DNA from: a virus | Lineage: Duplodnaviria > Caudoviricetes | Direction: 5' to 3' (one strand) | Virus record (IMG/VR): IMGVR_UViG_645948499_000001 | Location: 1 to 64,000 of that record | Length of the DNA stretch: 64,000 bases | Part shown: positions 1 through 6,984 of the stretch, piece after piece | Position numbering within the stretch: position 1 is the first letter of the stretch | Layout: each line of letters begins with the position of its first letter | Translations under genes and position numbers: made by a program | Notes under the pieces: generated by a model | Seen by the model: only the letters and a program-made list of their open reading frames with translations | The model's database searches: none | Told to the model about the DNA's origin: nothing

Positions 1-80
1 CAGTAACGGCATCCCAGAATCTGGTACTCCCCCCCGGTGGTGTTTCCAGATTGAGTTTTCCGCGCTTGCTTACCTCTGCT

Positions 81-97
81 GGCCTTCGGCCTTGGAG
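81..97 (+). promoter_or_regulatory. Candidate N4-type vRNAP hairpin promoter
   Basis: GGCC-TTC-GGCC; the template strand forms a C-GAA-G triloop hairpin; a G lies 11 nt after the loop centre; upstream of the first gene. Confidence 0.6.
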
Positions 98-146
98 CGG
101 ATGATCGTCCGAACCACCTACCTTCTACTACTCTGGAGTACTTACC

Positions 147-416
147 ATGATCGCTGCATTCAACGCCTTCTTCGCTTTCTTCGCTGCTCTGTTCCGTGGC
201 GCTACCAACCTTGCCGAGGCTGCTGAGAACATGTCTCGCTATGCCAAGGATGAATCCGAGTTCTTCAACGAGAATGCTGAAGCTTCCCGTGACCGTCGTC
301 GTGTCGAGTCTCGTGCTGCTCATGCTCAACTGGTCCGTGACCTGGGTATCTCCGAAGACATCGCCGAGATCCAATCCGAACGTCGTACCAAGCGTGCTAC
401 TGGTGCCAAGTCCTAA
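147..416 (+). CDS. Early hypothetical protein (89 aa)
   Basis: GGAG RBS, strong codon bias, followed by a terminator. Confidence 0.85.
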   Translation: MIAAFNAFFAFFAALFRGATNLAEAAENMSRYAKDESEFFNENAEASRDRRRVESRAAHAQLVRDLGISEDIAEIQSERRTKRATGAKS

Positions 417-433
417 CTCTCTATCCATCCTCT

Positions 434-469
434 GCCTCACTCCTTCATTGGAGTGGGGCTTACCTTTTC
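434..469 (+). terminator. Intrinsic terminator
   Basis: GCCTCACTCC/GGAGTGGGGC stem followed by TTACCTTTT. Confidence 0.6.
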
Positions 470-470
470 A

Positions 471-780
471 AGCACACATAAGATCAATAGCACACAAAGA
501 GCACACATCTACTCCCTTCTTCCTGCTACTCCTCTGCGTCTCCTTCTTCTCCCTTTGGACAGTTGGGTGTGGGAAGTAACCTTTCCCTCTTCTTACCTCT
601 TCTTACTCATCCTGATACTCCTTATAGAGAGGATAGTGGGAGAGTTTGGGGACTGTGTACTGCACTCAGGCTGCTCAGTACCTGCTACTGAATACATCAT
701 CTCCCTCAAGGTTCCCACACCTACATCCTTCCATACCACTCACTCCATTACGATACTCACCTGATACTCCATCACTACTC
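471..780. repeat. Short direct repeats in a pyrimidine-rich non-coding region
   Basis: AGCACACA at 471, 489, 500; TACTC at 510, 527, 604, 616, 754, 765, 776. Confidence 0.55.
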
Positions 781-791
781 CTACCCATGTT

Positions 792-808
792 CTGCTACGC
801 AGTTGGTG
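792..808 (+). promoter_or_regulatory. Candidate vRNAP hairpin promoter
   Basis: CTGC-TAC-GCAG-TTGGTG; template C-GTA-G loop; same geometry and TTGG(A/T)G tail as 81-97. Confidence 0.6.
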
Positions 809-856
809 TGGATTCAACCACTGACATTACTTCATAGTCCTCTATAGGTATCCACC

Positions 857-1138
857 ATGCGTAACAAACACCTCTACCGTAACGTGAACCTCCGTCAAGC
901 AGCTGCACATTGGTGGTCTTGTGGCTTCCATCCTGAAGGCAGTGATGTACGTTCCCTGCTCATCTCCTGTGGCTTCAGTCCTGTCCAGTCCATGGAGACA
1001 GTACGTGCTGTCTTCGACTACTGGGACGCAGACTACAAAGCCTACTGTGATAACCACATGGACGAAGAGTCCTTCGAGCCTATCGATGTAGCTGACCTCG
1101 GCGACATCTCTACTCAAACCATCCAGATTGAGGAGTAA
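857..1138 (+). CDS. Early hypothetical protein (93 aa)
   Basis: ORF with AGGT RBS, first gene of a tightly packed early operon. Confidence 0.8.
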   Translation: MRNKHLYRNVNLRQAAAHWWSCGFHPEGSDVRSLLISCGFSPVQSMETVRAVFDYWDADYKAYCDNHMDEESFEPIDVADLGDISTQTIQIEE

Positions 1139-1142
1139 CACC

Positions 1143-1418
1143 ATGACCACCTACACCGCTTGCCCTGAAGAAGGGGTAATCCTTGAGTTCATCCTGTGTG
1201 GTGAACCTCAAGCATTCAAGCTCAGTACCATTGAAGAAGCTTTCGCGGTAGTAGTCGGTCTGGGCTTCGACAAACTGTTCGACGTGACCATCAGCTATTG
1301 GGACTTGGACTGCAACCGTCAGGTGTGGCGTGCAGAACTGATCTCCAGGCTCTTGGCCCAAGCCACCATCACCCTTGAAGGTGAAGGCTATGCCACTCAT
1401 GTGAAGGTGGTGCTCTGA
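1143..1418 (+). CDS. Early hypothetical protein (91 aa)
   Basis: GAGGAG RBS before ATG 1143. Confidence 0.8.
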   Translation: MTTYTACPEEGVILEFILCGEPQAFKLSTIEEAFAVVVGLGFDKLFDVTISYWDLDCNRQVWRAELISRLLAQATITLEGEGYATHVKVVL

Positions 1419-1419
1419 C

Positions 1420-1728
1420 ATGGATACCAAGCTCTTGAAGGAAGCCATCCATGCAGGTATGTACATGGCCCTGACTATGAATACACCACACTCCATGTGC
1501 GTCCGTGTCGCTTGGCAGGTGGAGTGTGAAGTACTCACCACTGCTCATCAAAAGGAGTTCCGTAAGTGGGTGTACAAGATCCTCGGTAACTACTGCTATG
1601 TCACTGACTACCTACGCTCGTGCCATCCTCATTACCTTCAATGGAAGGCACGGAACATGTGGTGCAACTTCTATGTCTGGGCCTATTTCGACCTGTGCAA
1701 GGAGCAAAACCATGAAGACCATAGCTGA
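1420..1728 (+). CDS. Early protein, paralog of 1712-2023
   Basis: Shares the MCxR...WVY..LG...YL...HP...RNxWCNxYxWxYFDLxK motif. Confidence 0.85.
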   Translation: MDTKLLKEAIHAGMYMALTMNTPHSMCVRVAWQVECEVLTTAHQKEFRKWVYKILGNYCYVTDYLRSCHPHYLQWKARNMWCNFYVWAYFDLCKEQNHEDHS

Positions 1729-2023
1729 ACTGATCTATCTGGGCATGCAGGAAGCCCATGCTGCGAGCAACTTCCAGAACATGTGCCTGCGCCTGCAAAG
1801 CTTGCACATGGTTGATGAGATCACCGAGGGGGAGTTGACCTCCTTCGAGGAATGGGTCTATGCACATCTGGGTGAGGGTGGTGGGTCCATCATCTACTAC
1901 CTGATGAGAACTCACCCGAGTCTCCGTGATCTCCCTCAGCTTCTGCGTACCAACGAACTGTTCCGTAACTACTGGTGCAACTACTACCTGTGGCACTACT
2001 TCGACCTCGTTAAACGGAGATAA
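1712..2023 (+). CDS. Early protein, paralog of 1420-1728
   Basis: AAGGAG RBS before ATG 1712; shared motif. Confidence 0.85.
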   Translation: MKTIAELIYLGMQEAHAASNFQNMCLRLQSLHMVDEITEGELTSFEEWVYAHLGEGGGSIIYYLMRTHPSLRDLPQLLRTNELFRNYWCNYYLWHYFDLVKRR

Positions 2024-2025
2024 CC

Positions 2026-2328
2026 ATGACCACTTTCACCCTTGAGAACCAGCTGTTCGTCGTTAGATTGATGCCCACCAAGGGCAAGCTGGAGGGTTAC
2101 CGCATCTGCCTTACCCTCATCAAGGGTAAAGAGCGTCAGGTGCTGGTGCATGAGCAGATGTTTGGCCGTCGTGAAGACGCCATGCATGTCCGTTCGCTCA
2201 TCACTGCACGTCGTGTCCTGAACCTGAAGCATTGGGTTTGGGATGCCAAGTCCAACTTCTTCGGCGATGCACTGGCTCACAAGCCCACTGCTCGCTTCCG
2301 CACCAAACCTATCTACCTATCCTTCTGA
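2026..2328 (+). CDS. Basic early hypothetical protein (100 aa)
   Basis: GGAG RBS, operon packing. Confidence 0.8.
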   Translation: MTTFTLENQLFVVRLMPTKGKLEGYRICLTLIKGKERQVLVHEQMFGRREDAMHVRSLITARRVLNLKHWVWDAKSNFFGDALAHKPTARFRTKPIYLSF

Positions 2329-2345
2329 AACCAAGGAACCAAACC

Positions 2346-2594
2346 ATGAACCTGACTTTCCTCCGCAAGTGCTCCAACCATGCTGCCAAGATCCACCCTG
2401 CACTGATCAAGTCCTATAACCTGTCCTGGATCGATGAGTGTGGTACTGAACACGAAGAGGACTTCTACTGCCTCAGCGATGAAGGTGCTATCGAGCGTGT
2501 GCAGCATGCTGTTCAAGGCTGTGAAGGACTGGTGTCCGGCATCTGCCTGGTAGGGGACGAAGGCGAAATCGACTTCGATCCCTGGGAAGGGTAA
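2346..2594 (+). CDS. Early hypothetical protein (82 aa, acidic C-terminus)
   Basis: AAGGA RBS before ATG 2346. Confidence 0.75.
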   Translation: MNLTFLRKCSNHAAKIHPALIKSYNLSWIDECGTEHEEDFYCLSDEGAIERVQHAVQGCEGLVSGICLVGDEGEIDFDPWEG

Positions 2595-2812
2595 TGAATA
2601 GCGACAAGCGTGTGGTGTTCAGGGGAGGCGTCGTGATCGGCGTCTTCTCTGAGATACCTGAGCTAGTAGATGGAGATGTCGTGTACGCCTCCATCTACTT
2701 TGCGAGCATAGACAGATATGCGGAGTACTGGTCTCGGTACACGCAGAACCAATTGATCTCTTACGAACCCACCAAGGATCAGTCCTTGGCGGTCATGTTA
2801 TTGAAGGAGTGA
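2594..2812 (+). CDS. Early hypothetical protein (72 aa)
   Basis: TAATG overlap with the upstream gene. Confidence 0.75.
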   Translation: MNSDKRVVFRGGVVIGVFSEIPELVDGDVVYASIYFASIDRYAEYWSRYTQNQLISYEPTKDQSLAVMLLKE

Positions 2813-2815
2813 CAG

Positions 2816-2923
2816 ATGAGCTTTGTAAAACTGGTTGGGATGATGGCTGCCGTGTTCGCTGCCTACCTCGGTGTAACCGTTGGTGTGGCGATGATCGTCA
2901 TCCACATGGGTGGCTGTGTATGA
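2816..2923 (+). CDS. Small membrane peptide (35 aa, MSFVKLVGMMAAVFAAYLGVTVGVAMIVIHMGGCV)
   Basis: Read by hand; AAGGAG RBS; ATGA overlap with the next gene; one hydrophobic helix. Confidence 0.65.
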   Translation: MSFVKLVGMMAAVFAAYLGVTVGVAMIVIHMGGCV

Positions 2924-3156
2924 ACGAGCATACTCAGTACTACCTTCACCGTGCTAACGGTGAACTGCTGGGGCCAAAATTGATTGCTGGTCCTTGGGCA
3001 GACATCTTTCAGGAGGGTGACATGCTCATGGCCAAGAACCCTACTGCTGCAAACGTCCCTTGGATGTACTTCATCTGGCAGGATGAAAACTGGAAGAACG
3101 TGAAAGAGCCGGAGGAGCGTCACCGTCTGGTTGCGCTGCTACTCAATGACGAATGA
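2920..3156 (+). CDS. Early hypothetical protein (78 aa)
   Basis: ATGA-coupled start; resembles 2594-2812. Confidence 0.75.
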   Translation: MNEHTQYYLHRANGELLGPKLIAGPWADIFQEGDMLMAKNPTAANVPWMYFIWQDENWKNVKEPEERHRLVALLLNDE

Positions 3157-3216
3157 ACGTTGGGTAGCAGCCTGGGCAACACTACTGTTAATTCATCTAC
3201 TGTTGGAGAGTTCATC

Positions 3217-3438
3217 ATGCTGGCAATCATCTGTGGTTTCATCTTTGGTTCGTCTTGGTACTGGCTCGTAAAAGAGCGTACCAAGTTCCGCAAGGCGGAG
3301 AACGACTACCGTGCTGGTCTGTACATGCACCGGTCCAAGTTCATCGCTGACCGTAATGACGCTGAGCTTGGCTGTGCCTTGGCTCTGGGCGTCATGTTCG
3401 GTGCTGTAGCTATCTTCGTCTTCAACCTCTACCTGTGA
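3217..3438 (+). CDS. Small two-TM membrane protein
   Basis: GGAGAG RBS; hydrophobic N- and C-termini. Confidence 0.75.
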   Translation: MLAIICGFIFGSSWYWLVKERTKFRKAENDYRAGLYMHRSKFIADRNDAELGCALALGVMFGAVAIFVFNLYL

Positions 3439-3447
3439 GATCAAACC

Positions 3448-3633
3448 ATGCACGTAATACAGCTGGTGTACCTGCTAATAATCCTGTGTGTCGTCCTGTT
3501 CTGGGTCGGCAAGATGGAGCCTGAGCGTTGCTGGGGATGGGTTTGGTGGACATGGCTGACTGTCTTCGCAGTCCTGACCCACGCAATCACGATGGTGGCC
3601 GTTGGCATTATCGTACTATTTATAGTCCCTTGA
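3448..3633 (+). CDS. Small two-TM membrane protein (61 aa)
   Basis: Highly hydrophobic ORF in the operon. Confidence 0.7.
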   Translation: MHVIQLVYLLIILCVVLFWVGKMEPERCWGWVWWTWLTVFAVLTHAITMVAVGIIVLFIVP

Positions 3634-3662
3634 ATCCTGAATGATTCTCATTTGGGTTACCC

Positions 3663-3714
3663 AGACCTACGGTCTTGAAAGGCAAGATCAAGAGCAGGCT
3701 ACGCCTGTGTAATG
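3663..3714 (+). promoter_or_regulatory. Two tandem candidate vRNAP hairpin promoters upstream of drc
   Basis: AGACC-TAC-GGTCT (3663-3675) and CAGGC-TAC-GCCTG (3695-3707); both give C-GTA-G loops on the template strand. Confidence 0.6.
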
Positions 3715-3760
3715 GCAACAATCGCCAACACTCAATCACATGACTATCTGGAGAAATACC

Positions 3761-4060
3761 ATGGCACTCGTCAAGAAGAACCAAGCTCGCAACACCCAAG
3801 CCACCGACAACAAGGGCGCTTCGGCCTACCTGAACTTCCACTTCCCGACTCGGGATGGCAAGGACGTTCGCCTGGTAAGCCTCGGCCTGCGTGCGGACGA
3901 TGCACTGCACATGCAGCTGCAAGAGTTCCTGACCGTCGACGACAAGGGCAAGCCGCTGAGCGAGACCGCTTACGCCGAACGCTGCAAGAAGCTGGTCAGC
4001 CGCCTGATCATCAAGCTGGGCGTCACCCGCAGCGAGGAAGAGCGCGCGCTCGACCTGTAA
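3761..4060 (+). CDS. drc: Drc, ssDNA-binding RNAP II cofactor (N4 gp2 homolog)
   Basis: AYLNFHFPTRDGKDVRLVSLGL motif; matches my recollection of LUZ7 gp14; GGAG RBS; early position. Confidence 0.85.
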   Translation: MALVKKNQARNTQATDNKGASAYLNFHFPTRDGKDVRLVSLGLRADDALHMQLQEFLTVDDKGKPLSETAYAERCKKLVSRLIIKLGVTRSEEERALDL

Positions 4061-4063
4061 CAC

Positions 4064-4101
4064 CATGCCCAACCTCCTCTTGGGGGTTGGGCGTGTTCTT
4101 T
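4064..4101 (+). terminator. Intrinsic terminator after drc
   Basis: CATGCCCAACCTCC-TCTT-GGGGGTTGGGCGTG then TTCTTT. Confidence 0.75.
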
Positions 4102-4133
4102 GTGCTATCCGTCAGTCCGTAAGGAGTTCCAAC

Positions 4134-4361
4134 ATGAAACATCCCAAGCCCATGTACATCAACTCGAAGGCCTCCCGTGAACGTAATGCCGATTCCGTTG
4201 CTGCTGCAATGGCTCTGCTTCAGCAGGGTACTGATCATCTGCCTCGTACTGAGGTTGCGGCTGTCTCTGATGCTGTCGGCGCCGGACTTTGTAGTATCGG
4301 TTCTGGCCTTTCTCACCTCTGTGGGACCAAGAGTGGTAACACTCGGGCATCTCGAATCTGA
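4134..4361 (+). CDS. Hypothetical protein (75 aa)
   Basis: TAAGGAG RBS before ATG 4134. Confidence 0.75.
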   Translation: MKHPKPMYINSKASRERNADSVAAAMALLQQGTDHLPRTEVAAVSDAVGAGLCSIGSGLSHLCGTKSGNTRASRI

Positions 4362-4443
4362 ACCCATAAAGTAAATCGCCGATTTCGACAGATTTCGGCG
4401 AGGAAAACCATGTGCTAACCCATGGTTTTGGAGACCTGACTAT

Positions 4444-4668
4444 ATGTATGAACTTACAACCTCCATTGAGGTGTTGCTCGAAGAGATGCGGCATGACGAA
4501 GCCCTTCGCAAGAAGCAGAGGAAGGAAGGCATCAGGCGTGACCTGTTCGATTGCCCTGGGCTACTCATTGACGATGGCTGGAGCTTGAAGCCCAGCAGAC
4601 ACAAGAAGTCTCATGAGACAAACCATGAAGGGAAGGGACCACGCAACAAGTACGGAGGTCACCGCTGA
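4444..4668 (+). CDS. Hypothetical protein (74 aa, basic C-terminus)
   Basis: GGAG RBS; TGATG coupling to the next gene. Confidence 0.75.
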   Translation: MYELTTSIEVLLEEMRHDEALRKKQRKEGIRRDLFDCPGLLIDDGWSLKPSRHKKSHETNHEGKGPRNKYGGHR

Positions 4669-4838
4669 TGGAAGAGTCCACTGTAGCTGCGGAAGCCTGG
4701 ACCAACTTATGGGATATCCATGACAAGTACAAGAAGGAGGGTTTGTCGAACCCAGTCCTTCATTCGGGAGACTACGATGACGGTCCCTACTATGAGGATT
4801 ACGACAGAAGCGCAGAAGACCCTGCGTGCACGGGCTAA
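4668..4838 (+). CDS. Small acidic protein (56 aa, MEESTVAAEAWTNLWD...)
   Basis: Read by hand; GGAGG RBS; TGATG overlap. Confidence 0.6.
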   Translation: MEESTVAAEAWTNLWDIHDKYKKEGLSNPVLHSGDYDDGPYYEDYDRSAEDPACTG

Positions 4839-4914
4839 GCACGATTGGGCACTGCAACAGAAGTACTGGAAAGAAGGCTTGCAGTACATCTATTCGATAC
4901 TGAGGAGTAAGTAA
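4777..4914 (+). CDS. Small basic protein (45 aa)
   Basis: GGGAG RBS before ATG 4777; TAATG coupling to 4914. Confidence 0.5.
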   Translation: MTVPTMRITTEAQKTLRARAKHDWALQQKYWKEGLQYIYSILRSK

Positions 4915-5165
4915 TGACTCGCACCTACCTGAAGAACATTGTGATTCGCGATAGCAATGGCTTGTTCATCGCTGATGGCGACAACGTGGTTGAAGCCATG
5001 CGGGAGATCAGGCTGCAACACCTGACCAAGCGTATGTCTGTGATCGACCAAGACGAAGGTCACCGCTGGAATCTGGTGTACGTGCCAGAGCACAACAAAC
5101 TGCTACTGACGGCTGAAACTAGCGACTGCTGTAGCATCGACCTACCCATAGGAGCACTGATCTAA
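4914..5165 (+). CDS. Hypothetical protein (83 aa)
   Basis: GAGGAG RBS; coupled on both sides. Confidence 0.8.
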   Translation: MTRTYLKNIVIRDSNGLFIADGDNVVEAMREIRLQHLTKRMSVIDQDEGHRWNLVYVPEHNKLLLTAETSDCCSIDLPIGALI

Positions 5166-5605
5166 TGGCCAAATTCGAAGTTGGGAACATGTGGGAAGCA
5201 TTCGAGAGTGCTGACCACTTCATCGTGTGTCTGAGCAGCACTGTCAGTGCGTCAGGCAACGCTGTGATGAACAAGGGAATGGCAGCTGAGTTGCTGCAAC
5301 GGTTCCCGGAAGCCGGCCTGGCCTCAGCTATCGGTGGTTTCATCCTGAAGAATGGGGGAAACCATGGGATCTTCGGAGTTCAAGCCAGTGGAAAGATTGG
5401 CGTGTTGCAGACCTGCCGTCGGTTCCAGGATCCCACGGACCTGAACTGTGTCGGTACTGGTTTGCGCATGCTGACCAACCTGGCCAATGCGAACCCGGAC
5501 CAGTCCTATCACGTCGAGATGCCCGGTACGGATGTGCCGTACTTCCTCGTGAAGGGGCCGGTGGAAATGTGCCCTGACAACATCACGTTCTGGAGCCGCC
5601 CGTAA
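5165..5605 (+). CDS. Macro-domain-like (ADP-ribose-binding) protein
   Basis: VGNMWE...HFIV...GNAVMNKGMAAELLQRFP resembles the macrodomain GDLF...VMGKGIA..I...FP signature. Confidence 0.6.
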   Translation: MAKFEVGNMWEAFESADHFIVCLSSTVSASGNAVMNKGMAAELLQRFPEAGLASAIGGFILKNGGNHGIFGVQASGKIGVLQTCRRFQDPTDLNCVGTGLRMLTNLANANPDQSYHVEMPGTDVPYFLVKGPVEMCPDNITFWSRP

Positions 5606-5614
5606 GGGCGGTTC
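5593..5614 (+). terminator. GNRA-loop hairpin, weak terminator or processing site
   Basis: GAGCCGCCC-GTAA-GGGCGGTTC, poor U-tract. Confidence 0.4.
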
Positions 5615-5649
5615 TGCCGCCTATAGATAGTCATCGTTAAGGATCTGTT

Positions 5650-6585
5650 ATGCACCCAACTCTAATGCTCCCGGAAGATATGCAACGCGCCAATGAGTAC
5701 CGCTTTGCACGGGCGCACATTGACGGGTATCTGCGTAAGTTTCTCCAACAAGATGAGGACTGGACTGAAGTTCTGTCTGCTGGTGTTGCTCTTCTGGAAG
5801 AGTACGCCAACACGGACCACGGTTATGAGTCCAAGAACCTCCGTATGGAGACGGTTCGTAACCTTGACCTTGGTCATATCACCACTGAAGTGGCAGTAGC
5901 GTCGCTGTACTGCCAAGTTCCTGAGTTGTTCAGTAGCTTCACTGCGAAGTTGGCTCACGTACTTGGCTTTGACGACAAGGCTGACAGCATCAAAACCATC
6001 GCTGAGATGGTTGCGGTGCTCTGTGAGCTAGATCTGTACAACTTGGAGCAGAATGAGCGGTATGGTAGCTGGAAGGTTGTGTCCAACATCGAGCTACCTG
6101 AAGATCTGATGCGCTTCGTTGAGAGATCGCAGTACTTACCTCCCATGGTTTGTGCTCCTGCCACTCTGACCAGCAACAAGCAGAAGCTTCGACTCACTTG
6201 TGAGGCGGAATCTCTGATACTAAACGACAATCATCACAGTGGGGACATCTGTCTGGATGTTCTGAACCTGGTGAACAGTGTTGAGTTGTGTCTTAACACT
6301 GAATTCCTCAGCACCATCGAGGAAGAACCGAACAAGCACCTGGAGAACAGAGATCAACAGGATGATTGGATGCGGTTCAAGACGGAAAGCCATGAGATGT
6401 ACAAACTCATGGTGCAACAAGGCAACAAGTTCTACCTGCTGCACAAGGTAGACAAGCGTGGACGACTGTACGCACAGGGTTATCACATCTCAACCCAAGG
6501 TGCGTCCTACAAGAAAGCCATGATCGACCTCTACAACAAGGAAGAGGTCACTGGCGTACCCCAACATCTGAGGATTACCAAATGA
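5650..6585 (+). CDS. RNA polymerase II subunit 1 (N4 gp15-like)
   Basis: PPMV and DKRGRLY (DxxGR) motifs of the T7-like RNAP N-terminal half. Confidence 0.92.
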   Translation: MHPTLMLPEDMQRANEYRFARAHIDGYLRKFLQQDEDWTEVLSAGVALLEEYANTDHGYESKNLRMETVRNLDLGHITTEVAVASLYCQVPELFSSFTAKLAHVLGFDDKADSIKTIAEMVAVLCELDLYNLEQNERYGSWKVVSNIELPEDLMRFVERSQYLPPMVCAPATLTSNKQKLRLTCEAESLILNDNHHSGDICLDVLNLVNSVELCLNTEFLSTIEEEPNKHLENRDQQDDWMRFKTESHEMYKLMVQQGNKFYLLHKVDKRGRLYAQGYHISTQGASYKKAMIDLYNKEEVTGVPQHLRITK

Positions 6586-6905
6586 TCAACTACGAAAACG
6601 GCGACCTGATCTTCTTCACCAATGCTTCCGGCCAGATGGAGTGCAAGCTGATCCTGGATGGCAAGATCTCCAAGTTCATGGAAGCCAATCCTGACCTGGA
6701 AGGCATCTGGAACTTCGATTTGCAAGCGAAGCGTTGGTTCTGGGGCTACCTGGACAAGAAGAAGGACAACGCAGTCACCTTCGACCATGCGTTCGTTGAT
6801 CCGCCGACCATCGGTGCTCCCGATGTGTGGCATTCGGTTCCGAAGGAGGTTCGTCTGATGAAGACGCTGACCATCGAGAACATCTCCAACATGCAAGCCG
6901 AGTAA
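6582..6905 (+). CDS. Hypothetical protein between the RNAP II subunit genes
   Basis: GAGG RBS, ATGA overlap, 107 aa. Confidence 0.8.
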   Translation: MINYENGDLIFFTNASGQMECKLILDGKISKFMEANPDLEGIWNFDLQAKRWFWGYLDKKKDNAVTFDHAFVDPPTIGAPDVWHSVPKEVRLMKTLTIENISNMQAE

Positions 6906-6913
6906 TACCTGCG

Positions 6914-6947
6914 CCTCCCTTGGCTTCGGCTAAGGGAGGTTCCTTTT
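6914..6947 (+). terminator. Intrinsic terminator
   Basis: CCTCCCTTGGC-TTCG-GCTAAGGGAGG then TTCCTTTT. Confidence 0.7.
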
Positions 6948-6984
6948 AAGTGTGTTCAGTACCAACTGTGATAGGAGTTACACC

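Noticed and set aside
1-700. Terminal direct repeat
   Set aside because: Expected for N4-like phages, but the right genome end is outside the window, so it cannot be shown
196-837. ORFs 196-579, 453-764 and 646-837
   Set aside because: Low-complexity translations crossing a terminator and repeat-rich DNA, with no RBS
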